Part shown: positions 1-11,000 of the stretch, in pieces
How positions within the stretch are numbered: the stretch's first letter is position 1
Layout of the letters: each line of letters begins with the position of its first letter
Assembly: GCA_965235115.1 (NCBI GenBank)
Contig: OZ249436.1
Span: forward strand, 24,678,001-24,742,000
Length of the DNA: 64,000 bases
From: Laetmonice hystrix
Lineage: Eukaryota
Direction of reading: 5' to 3'
Translations under genes and position numbers: made by a program
Notes under the pieces: generated by a model
The model's database searches: none
Told to the model about the DNA's origin: nothing
The model's input: only the letters and a program-made list of their open reading frames with translations

Positions 1-871
1 CAGGCCTAGAACCCACCTCTCTCTACCAATATCATGCACCTAGTCCGTATACGAGGTTGTAATTTCCTTTAATCAACGGGCTGCGCCGCAGCAACCCACT
101 CTGGTCTTTGCAATCTTTTTCAATATGCGTTAACATTTGTGACCAGCTCAACGCGCCTTGTAAAATTTTTCAAAGTGCGTAAAAGTGTGTGTCCACCCCG
201 ACACGCTTTCCAAACCACTATACCCACCGAGCGACATCCACTCAAATACAGGCTTCGACCGATCCTCACTGTGCCAATAATCCGCCACAAGGCAAATTCA
301 GTCAATGCAAGCTGGAAAATCGAATGTCAAACCTAATGCTCCCCCCCAGCACGTTAACTGAAAAAAATCAACTAGCTTGAAAACTAGAATATAGCTTTGT
401 TTAGCTAACAATCTACTCTCCCAGCGCCATCAACTCGCATACAGGCGTAAAAGCAAACGCACTGCCCCATATAATTCTCCCAGCATAAAACGATGTTGCA
501 ATTAATTTAAAATTAACAAGATGCACTAGTAATCCGATCCAAGCCTAATTACGTCATTGCTAGTTTCATAACCAAATCTCACAGAAAATACCCCACCCGC
601 GCACATAACCTGAAAATATTCAACTTTTATCTCCAATGTATCCCTGTGCACCTAGTAGCACCCAAGCGGGCCCAATTTTGACATTCCAACACAAATACCG
701 CAAATACCCGCCTAATGGCACAAAAAACTTTCTACCCCGTTGCAAGTCACATTAGCTTGCTGCTTGTCGTAAAAAATGGTGCAGACCATTTCTAAAGTCA
801 CAGTACCCCACTCCCGGCCTAATATTACGTTTCAGTATCCATATACGCTGCAAGCGGCAGGAACTCGAATA
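1..871. repeat. Half A of the repeat unit (representative copy, 871 bp)
   Basis: Collinear similarity to 872-1752: CAGGCCTA at 1 and 872, TAGCTTGAAAACTAGAATATAGCTTTG in both, TTAACAAGATGCACTA in both, AACCAAATCTCA in both. Confidence 0.93.
151..180. other. 30-bp imperfect palindrome (dyad) in half A, present in every unit
   Basis: ACGCGCCTTGTAAAA|TTTTTCAAAGTGCGT: 12 of 15 symmetric positions are Watson-Crick complementary, plus one G-T. Confidence 0.85.
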
Positions 872-1752
872 CAGGCCTAAAAGTAACCCCAGTCTAGCAA
901 TATCATACTCTCATGCCATATACGAGCTTGTAATTATCTTTAATTAATGGGCTCCGCAGCACCAACCCACTGCATTAACATTTGTTTAACAGCTTAACGC
1001 ACCTTGTAAAAAAATTTTCAAGTGCGTAAAAATGCGTGTCCACCTCCACATACTTTAAAAATCACTATACCCACCCAGCGACATTCACTCTAATACACGC
1101 CTAAGAGGAACTTCACTGTCCCATTTGATTCTCCAGCACGTATAGGATGTTTCAAGTAACATTTATCCACGGTCTGGCCCAATAACGTGCAACAAGGCAT
1201 AGTAAGTCAATGCGAGCTCGCATGTCAAACCTAACCCGCCCCCCAGCACATGAGCTGAAAATATTCAAATAGCTTGAAAACTAGAATATAGCTTTGCTTA
1301 ATACCATTATACCATCAACTCGCATTACAGGCCTAATGCGAAGCTCCCAGCCTAAAACGAGTTTCCAATTAATTTAAAGTTAACAAGATGCACTAATAAT
1401 CGATTCCAAGCCTAATTAGGCCATTGCTAGTTGGATAACCAAATCTCATACAAAATACACCCTCCCGGCAGATGACCTGAGAATATTCAACTCTTATGTC
1501 CGATATATCCCTGTCCGCTTAGTAGCACCCAGCCGGGCCCCCATTTTGACATTGCAACACCAATACAGCAAGTGCCCAGCTAACAGCACAAATAACAGGA
1601 TTCAGGGCTTCCTACCACGTTACAAGTCACAATAGATTGCTGCCTGTCGTAAAAATATACCAGACCATTTTAAAAAGTCACAGAACCCCAATCCGGCCCT
1701 AATATGTCACTCCCAGTACCAATACACGCTGGAAGCACCATCAACTGAAATT
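872..1752. repeat. Half B of the repeat unit (representative copy, 881 bp), diverged paralogue of half A
   Basis: Carries the same ordered motif series as 1-871, with many substitutions and small indels. Confidence 0.93.
997..1027. other. Paralogous dyad in half B
   Basis: Arms ACGCAC(C)TTG and CAAGTGCGT around a T-A(n)-T(m) centre. Confidence 0.85.
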
Positions 1753-3910
1753 CAGGCCTAGAACCCACCTCTCTCTACCAATATCATGCACCTAGTCCGT
1801 ATACGAGGTTGTAATTTACTTTAATCAACGGGCTGCGCCGCAGCAACCCACTCTGGTCTTTGCAATCTTTTTCAATATGCGTTAACATTTGTAACCAGCT
1901 CAACGCGCCTTGTAAAATTTTTCAAAGTGCGTAAAAGTGTGTGTCCACCCCGACACGCTTTCCAAACCACTATACCCACCGAGCGACATCCACTCAAATA
2001 CAGGCTTCGACCGATCCTCACTGTGCCAATAATCCGCCACAAGGCAAATTCAGTCAATGCAAGCTGGAAAATCGAATGTCAAACCTAATGCTCCCCCCCC
2101 CCAGCACGTTAACTGAAAATAATCAACTAGCTTGAAAACTAGAATATAGCTTTGTTAAGCTAACAATCTACTCTCCCAGCGCCATCAACTCGCATACAGG
2201 CGTAAAAGCAAACGCACTGCCCCATATAATGCTTCCAGCCTAAAACGATGTTGCAATTAATTTAAAATTAACAAGATGCACTAGTAATCCGATCCAAGCC
2301 TAATTACGTCATTGCTAGTTTCATAACCAAATCTCACAGAAAATACCCCACCCGCGCACATAACCTGAAAATATTCAACTTTTATCTCCAATGTATCCCT
2401 GTGCACCTAGTAGCACCCAAGCGGGCCCAATTTTGACATTCCAACACAAATACCGCAAATACCCGCCTAATGGCACAAAAAACTTTCTACCCCGTTGCAA
2501 GTCACATTAGCTTGCTGCTTGTCGTAAAAAATGGTGCAGACCATTTCTAAAGTCACAGTACCCCACTCCCGGCCTAATATTACGTTTCAGTATCCATATA
2601 CGCTGCAAGCGGCAGGAACTCGAATACAGGCCTAAAAGTAACCCCAGTCTAGCAATATCATACTCTCATGCCATATACGAGCTTGTAATTATCTTTAATT
2701 AATGGGCTCCGCAGCACCAACCCACTGCATTAACATTTGTTTAACAGCTTAACGCACCTTGTAAAAAATTTTCAAGTGCGTAAAAATGCGTGTCCACCTC
2801 CACATACTTTAAAAATCACTATACCCACCCAGCGACATTCACTCTAATACACGCCTAAGAGGAACTTCACTGTCCCATTTGATTCTCCAGCACGTATAGG
2901 ATGTTTCAAGTAACATTTATCCACGGTCTGGCCCAATAACGTGCAACAAGGCATAGTAAGTCAATGCGACCTCGCATGTCAAACCTAACCCGCCCCCCAG
3001 CACATGAGCTCGAGATATTCAAATAGCTTGAAAACTAGAATATAGCTTTGCTTAATACCATTATACCATCAACTCGCATTACAGGCCTAATGCGAAGCTC
3101 CCAGCCTAAAACGAGTTTCCAATTAATTTAAAGTTAACAAGATGCACTAATAATCGATTCCAAGCCTAATTAGGCCATTGCTAGTTGGATAACCAAATCT
3201 CATACAAAATACACCCTCCCGGCAGATGACCTGAGAATATTCAACTCTTATGTCCGATATATCCCTGTCCGCTTAGTAGCACCCAGCCGGGCCCCCATTT
3301 TGACATTGCAACACCAATACAGCAAGTGCCCAGCTAACAGCACAAATAACAGGATTCAGGGCTTCCTACCACGTTACAAGTCACAATAGATTGCTGCCTG
3401 TCGTAAAAATATACCAGACCATTTTAAAAAGTCACAGAACCCCAATCCGGCCCTAATATGTCACTCCCAGTACCAATAGACGCTGGAAGCACCATCAACT
3501 GAAATTCAGGCCTAGAACCCACCTCTCTCTACCAATATCATGCACCTAGTCCGTATACGAGGTTGTAATTTACTTTAATCAACGGGCTGCGCCGCAGCAA
3601 CCCACTCTGGTCTTTGCAATCTTTTTCAATATGCGTTAACATTTGTGACCAGCTCAACGCGCCTTGTAAAATTTTTCAAAGTGCGTAAAAGTGTGTGTCC
3701 ACCCCGACACGCTTTCCAAACCACTATACCCACCGAGCGACATCCACTCAAATACAGGCTTCGACCGATCCTCACTGTGCCAATAATCCGCCACAAGGCA
3801 AATTCAGTCAATGCAAGCTGGAAAATCGAATGTCAAACCTAATGCTCCCCCCCCAGCACGTTAACTGAAAATAATCAACTAGCTTGAAAACTAGAATATA
3901 GCTTTGTTAA

Positions 3911-5039
3911 AGCCAAATGCAACAATCCAGCTACCTTATACCTTCCCATATGCCTTATACAATAAAGAATAACATCAGCAATAAATGCAGGTCAATAGGT
4001 TTTACATAAACGAGAATGCCAACCTTAAACTACGAGTACCGTACCTCTAGCCGAGAAATGAACTCGGCGCCATTTTACATCACATTATCACATGGGAGAT
4101 TGATTCAGCCAATCAAAAACAGTCAGGTCACCCGGAAGTGTGACGTCGCCAGAGCCGCGAGTTTCCACCAGCTGTCAGATCGGGTGAGGATACAAGGTAG
4201 TCAGAGAGTCTAGACTGAGAGCTGCGAGTAAGATTATCCGTGTCATAGTACTAGGAGACCGATCAGCAGGTCTAACCACACCACTGACTTGGTGCTGATC
4301 CTTCGTGAAGATATGCCTGGGTGTGCTAGCTGAACGGTAGCCCGACGCTTTGACAGTGGCAGTGCACGCCATGTCCCCGGCCGTAGACTGCCGTAGTCTG
4401 TCACTACTGTCAGACTCCATCCATGACCCAACCAGTGTACATTTCATTCTCTAGTTGACAATTCTCCGTATAAATAATAGCTTTCAGCCACCATTTCATG
4501 CGTTGGAGGGTATTGCGACGAATTTCTGTTCGTTTAAGCGCCCGGTAAGAGATTTTTCAATACGTTGTCGATCGACCAAATTGGCATGTCTGGCCCCGTC
4601 CAACCACCAGTGCACGCCCGTCGGGAGCACCGTGCTGCCCCGTTGTTGACTTCCCCACCTGACTCGGGTGTCGGGGTGAGTGAGGCATGGAGCCTGGGAC
4701 AGGGCACGCATGAAGGGGACATGAAGTCATGTAATCGACATGGGCCGAGATAACCATGGTCCGAGTTCACCAGTAACCATTATTGTACATAGTGTCCGTG
4801 AAGATGGTTGACCAACACAGTGATGGGGGAATGGGGTAGGCTCTAGGGACGCCATTTTTTAAGGTCTCACGGCAGTGAATTTCGGCAAGATGGACGCCGT
4901 GAGCAAACGGGCAACTGTCAGTTTCTATCGGGGATTACTTTTAACACACAGACTTTGTGGGAATTAGATGGTGGCAGGTAAAAGGCACTATACCATGGTT
5001 ATCCATGGGCCCTATTGCTAGTGGCGGTTTCGGATCGCT
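3911..5039. mobile_element. 1,129-bp non-coding insertion with TTAA TSD and AG...CT termini; putative non-autonomous Kolobok-type DNA transposon
   Basis: The empty site GCTTTG-TTAA-GCTAAC is seen in other units. Here TTAA occurs at 3907-3910 and again at 5040-5043. The left end is AGCCAAATGCAAC and the right-end reverse complement is AGCGATCCGAAAC (8/13 identical). The insertion itself is certain; the superfamily is inferred from TSD and termini only. Confidence 0.8.
4066..4147 (+). promoter_or_regulatory. Cluster of metazoan promoter-type motifs inside the insertion (YY1-like, CCAAT, ETS, CRE-like)
   Basis: CGCCATTTT 4068-4076, AGCCAATCA 4107-4115, CCGGAAGTG 4132-4140 and TGACGTC 4141-4147. 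These are motif matches only, with no functional data. Confidence 0.45.
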
Positions 5040-8000
5040 TTAAGCTAACAATCTACTCTCCCAGCGCCATCAACTCGCATACAGGCGTAAAAGCAAACGC
5101 ACTGCCCCATATAATGCTCCCAGCCTAAAACGATGTTGCAATTAATTTAAAATTAACAAGATGCACTAGTAATCCGATCCAAGCCTAATTACGTCATTGC
5201 TAGTTTCATAACCAAATCTCACAGAAAATACCCCACCCGCGCACATAACCTGAAAATATTCAACTTTTATCTCCAATGTATCCCTGTGCACCTAGTAGCA
5301 CCCAAGCGGGCCCAATTTTGACATTCCAACACAAATACCGCAAATACCCGCCTAATGGCACAAAAAACTTTCTACCCCGTTGCAAGTCACATTAGCTTGC
5401 TGCTTGTCGTAAAAAATGGTGCAGACCATTTCTAAAGTCACAGTACCCCACTCCCGGCCTAATATTACGTTTCAGTATCCATATACGCTGCAAGCGGCAG
5501 GAACTCGAATACAGGCCTAAAAGTAACCCCAGTCTAGCAATATCATACTCTCATGCCATATACGAGCTTGTAATTATCTTTAATTAATGGGCTCCGCAGC
5601 ACCAACCCACTGCATTAACATTTGTTTAACAGCTTAACGCACCTTGTAAAAAATTTTCAAGTGCGTAAAAATGCGTGTCCACCTCCACATACTTTAAAAA
5701 TCACTATACCCACCCAGCGACATTCACTCTAATACACGCCTAAGAGGAACTTCACTGTCCCATTTGATTCTCCAGCACGTATAGGATGTTTCAAGTAACA
5801 TTTATCCACGGTCTGGCCCAATAACGTGCAACAAGGCATAGTAAGTCAATGCGACCTCGCATGTCAAACCTAACCCGCCCCCCAGCACATGAGCTCGAGA
5901 TATTCAAATAGCTTGAAAACTAGAATATAGCTTTGCTTAATACCATTATACCATCAACTCGCATTACAGGCCTAATGCGAAGCTCCCAGCCTAAAACGAG
6001 TTTCCAATTAATTTAAAGTTAACAAGATGCACTAATAATCGATTCCAAGCCTAATTAGGCCATTGCTAGTTGGATAACCAAATCTCATACAAAATACACC
6101 CTCCCGGCAGATGACCTGAGAATATTCAACTCTTATGTCCGATATATCCCTGTCCGCTTAGTAGCACCCAGCCGGGCCCCCATTTTGACATTGCAACACC
6201 AATACAGCAAGTGCCCAGCTAACAGCACAAATAACAGGATTCAGGGCTTCCTACCACGTTACAAGTCACAATAGATTGCTGCCTGTCGTAAAAATATACC
6301 AGACCATTTTAAAAAGTCACAGAACCCCAATCCGGCCCTAATATGTCACTCCCAGTACCAATAGACGCTGGAAGCACCATCAACTGAAATTCAGGCCTAG
6401 AACCCACCTCTCTCTACCAATATCATGCACCTAGTCCGTATACGAGGTTGTAATTTACTTTAATCAACGGGCTGCGCCGCAGCAACCCACTCTGGTCTTT
6501 GCAATCTTTTTCAATATGCGTTAACATTTGTGACCAGCTCAACGCGCCTTGTAAAATTTTTCAAAGTGCGTAAAAGTGTGTGTCCACCCCGACACGCTTT
6601 CCAAACCACTATACCCACCGAGCGACATCCACTCAAATACAGGCTTCGACCGATCCTCACTGTGCCAATAATCCGCCACAAGGCAAATTCAGTCAATGCA
6701 AGCTGGAAAATCGAATGTCAAACCTAATGCTCCCCCCCCCCAGCACGTTAACTGAAAATAATCAACTAGCTTGAAAACTAGAATATAGCTTTGTTTAGCT
6801 AACAATCTACTCTCCCAGCGCCATCAACTCGCATACAGGCGTAAAAGCAAACGCACTGCCCCATATAATGCTCCCAGCCTAAGACGATGTTGCAATTAAT
6901 TTAAGATTAACAAGATGCACTAGTAATCCGATCCAAGCCTAATTACGTCATTGCTAGTTTCATAACCAAATCTCACAGAAAATACCCCACCCGCGCACAT
7001 AACCTGAAAATATTCAACTTTTATCTCCAATGTATCCCTGTGCACCTAGTAGCACACAAGCGGGCCCAATTTTGACATCCCAACACAAATACCGCAAATA
7101 CCCGCCTAATGGCACAAAAAACTTTCTACCCCGTTGCAAGTCACATTAGCGTGCTGCTTGTCGTAAAAAATGGTGCAGACCATTTCTAAAGTCACAGTAC
7201 CCCACTCCCGTCCTAATATTACGTTTCAGTATCCATATACGCTGCAAGCGGCAGGAACTCGAATACAGGCCTAAAAGTAACCTCAGTCTAGCAATATCAT
7301 ACTCCCATGCCATATACGAGCTTGTAATTATCTTTAATTAATGGGCTCCGCAGCACCAACCCACTGCATTAACATTTGTTTAACAGCTTAACACACCTTG
7401 TAAAATTTTTTCAAGTGCGTAAAAATGCGTGTCCACCTCCACATACTTTAAAAATCACTATACCCACCCAGCGACATCCACTCTAATACACGCCTAAAAG
7501 GAACTTCACTCTCCCATTTGATTCTCCAGCACGTATAGGATGTTTCAAGTAACATTCATCCACGGTCTGGCCCAATAACGTGCAACAAGGCATAGTAAGT
7601 CAATGCGAGCTCGCATGTCAAACCTAACCCGCCCCCAAGCACATGAGCTGAAAATATTCAAATAGCTTGAAAACTAGAATATAGCTTTGCTTAATACCAT
7701 TATACCATCAACTCGCATTACAGGCCTAATGCGAAGCTCCCAGCCTAAAACGAGTTTCCAATTAATTTAAAGTTAACAAGATGCACTAATAATCGATTCC
7801 AAGCCTAATTAGGCCATTGCTAGTTGGATAACCAAATCTCATACAAAATACACCCTCCCGGCAGATGACCTGAGAATATTCAACTCTTATGTCCGATATA
7901 TCCCTGTCCGCTTAGTAGCACCCAGCCGGGCCCCCATTTTGACATTGCAACACCAATACAGCAAGTGCCCAGCTAACAGCACAAATAACAGGATTCAGGG

Positions 8001-11000
8001 CTTCCTACCACGTTACAAGTCACAATAGATTGCTGCCTGTCGTAAAAATATACCAGACCATTTTAAAAAGTCACAGAACCCCAATCCGGCCCTAATATGT
8101 CACTCCCAGTACCAATAGACGCTGGAAGCACCATCAACTGAAATTCAGGCCTAGAACCCACCTCTCTCTACCAATATCATGCACCTAGTCCGTATACGAG
8201 GTTGTAATTTCCTTTAATCAACGGGCTGCGCCGCAGCAACCCACTCTGGTCTTTGCAATCTTTTTCAATATGCGTTAACATTTGTGACCAGCTCAACGCG
8301 CCTTGTAAAATTTTTCAAAGTGCGTAAAAGTGTGTGTCCACCCCGACACGCTTTCCAAACTTCTATACCCACCGAGCGACATCCACTCAAATACAGGCTT
8401 CGACCGATCCTCACTGTGCCAATAATCCGCCACAAGGCAAATTCAGTCAATGCAAGCTGGAAAATCGAATGTCAAACCTAATGCTCCCCCCCCAGCACGT
8501 TAACTGAAAATAATCAACTAGCTTGAAAACTAGAATATAGCTTTGTTTAGCTAACAATCTACTCTCCCAGCGCCATCAACTCGCATACAGGCGTAAAAGC
8601 AAACGCACTGCCCCATATAATGCTCCCAGCATAAAACGATGTTGCAATTAATTTAAAATTAACAAGATGCACTAGTAATCCGATCCAAGCCTAATTACGT
8701 CATTGCTAGTTTCATAACCAAATCTCACAGAAAATACCCCACCCGCGCACATAACCTGAAAATATTCAACTTTTATCTCCAATGTATCCCTGTGCACCTA
8801 GTAGCACACAAGCGGGCCCAATTTTGACATCCCAACACAAATACCGCAAATACCCGCCTAATGGCACAAAAAACTTTCTACCCCGTTGCAAGTCACATTA
8901 GCGTGCTGCTTGTCGTAAAAAATGGTGCAGACCATTTCTAAAGTCACAGTACCCCACTCCCGTCCTAATATTACGTTTCAGTATCCATATACGCTGCAAG
9001 CGGCAGGAACTCGAATACAGGCCTAAAAGTAACCTCAGTCTAGCAATATCATACTCCCATGCCATATACGAGCTTGTAATTATCTTTAATTAATGGGCTC
9101 CGCAGCACCAACCCACTGCATTAACATTTGTTTAACAGCTTAACACACCTTGTAAAATTTTTTCAAGTGCGTAAAAATGCGTGTCCACCTCCACATACTT
9201 TAAAAATCACTATACCCACCCAGCGACATCCACTCTAATACACGCCTAAAAGGAACTTCACTCTCCCATTTGATTCTCCAGCACGTATAGGATGTTTCAA
9301 GTAACATTCATCCACGGTCTGGCCCAATAACGTGCAACAAGGCATAGTAAGTCAATGCGAGCTCGCATGTCAAACCTAACCCGCCCCCAAGCACATGAGC
9401 TGAAAATATTCAAATAGCTTGAAAACTAGAATATAGCTTTGCTTAATACCATTATACCATCAACTCGCATTACAGGCCTAATGCGAAGCTCCCAGCCTAA
9501 AACGAGTTTCCAATTAATTTAAAGTTAACAAGATGCACTAATAATCGATTCCAAGCCTAATTAGGCCATTGCTAGTTGGATAACCAAATCTCATACAAAA
9601 TACACCCTCCCGGCAGATGACCTGAGAATATTCAACTCTTATGTCCGATATATCCCTGTCCGCTTAGTAGCACCCAGCCGGGCCCCCATTTTGACATTGC
9701 AACACCAATACAGCAAGTGCCCAGCTAACAGCACAAATAACAGGATTCAGGGCTTCCTACCACGTTACAAGTCACAATAGATTGCTGCCTGTCGTAAAAA
9801 TATACCAGACCATTTTAAAAAGTCACAGAACCCCAATCCGGCCCTAATATGTCACTCCCAGTACCAATAGACGCTGGAAGCACCATCAACTGAAATTCAG
9901 GCCTAGAACCCACCTCTCTCTACCAATATCATGCACCTAGTCCGTATACGAGGTTGTAATTTCCTTTAATCAACGGGCTGCGCCGCAGCAACCCACTCTG
10001 GTCTTTGCAATCTTTTTCAATATGCGTTAACATTTGTGACCAGCTCAACGCGCCTTGTAAAATTTTTCAAAGTGCGTAAAAGTGTGTGTCCACCCCGACA
10101 CGCTTTCCAAACCACTATACCCACCGAGCGACATCCACTCAAATACAGGCTTCGACCGATCCTCACTGTGCCAATAATCCGCCACAAGGCAAATTCAGTC
10201 AATGCAAGCTGGAAAATCGAATGTCAAACCTAATGCTCCCCCCCCAGCACGTTAACTGAAAATAATCAACTAGCTTGAAAACTAGAATATAGCTTTGTTT
10301 AGCTAACAATCTACTCTCCCAGCGCCATCAACTCGCATACAGGCGTAAAAGCAAACGCACTGCCCCATATAATGCTCCCAGCATAAAACGATGTTGCAAT
10401 TAATTTAAAATTAACAAGATGCACTAGTAATCCGATCCAAGCCTAATTACGTCATTGCTAGTTTCATAACCAAATCTCACAGAAAATACCCCACCCGCGC
10501 ACATAACCTGAAAATATTCAACTTTTATCTCCAATGTATCCCTGTGCACCTAGTAGCACCCAAGCGGGCCCAATTTTGACATTCCAACACAAATACCGCA
10601 AATACCCGCCTAATGGCACAAAAAACTTTCTACCCCGTTGCAAGTCACATTAGCTTGCTGCTTGTCGTAAAAAATGGTGCAGACCATTTCTAAAGTCACA
10701 GTACCCCACTCCCGGCCTAATATTACGTTTCAGTATCCATATACGCTGCAAGCGGCAGGAACTCGAATACAGGCCTAAAAGTAACCCCAGTCTAGCAATA
10801 TCATACTCTCATGCCATATACGAGCTTGTAATTATCTTTAATTAATGGGCTCCGCAGCACCAACCCACTGCATTAACATTTGTTTAACAGCTTAACGCAC
10901 CTTGTAAAAAAATTTTCAAGTGCGTAAAAATGCGTGTCCACCTCCACATACTTTAAAAATCACTATACCCACCCAGCGACATTCACTCTAATACACGCCT

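Noticed and set aside
253..270. CENP-B box-like TTCGnnnnA
   Set aside because: The required downstream CGGG is absent (CTCA instead).
120..380. Recurring 61-65 aa ORFs on both strands in each unit
   Set aside because: They are short, overlap in several frames, mostly use non-ATG starts and show no recognisable domain. They are broken by poly-C length changes or SNPs and not preserved in half B. Their recurrence just reflects the repeat.
1..1752. Unit as a tandem 5S rRNA, snRNA, tRNA, spliced-leader or histone gene repeat
   Set aside because: I recognised no hallmark sequences on either strand, and the nested internal periodicity points to satellite DNA. An Infernal/Rfam scan would be the definitive test.
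4016..4770. Short ORFs in the 1,129-bp insertion, including a DHGY tetrapeptide resembling an HCF-1-binding motif
   Set aside because: All are 90 aa or shorter and overlapping, with no THAP, DDE or RT motifs. A 4-residue match is expected by chance.
4022..4865. Nested element between internal TTAA sites (ACCTTAAA at 4022, TTTAAGGT at 4858)
   Set aside because: The enclosed segment has no TIRs or RR...YY ends, and the 8-bp AT-rich match is plausible by chance.
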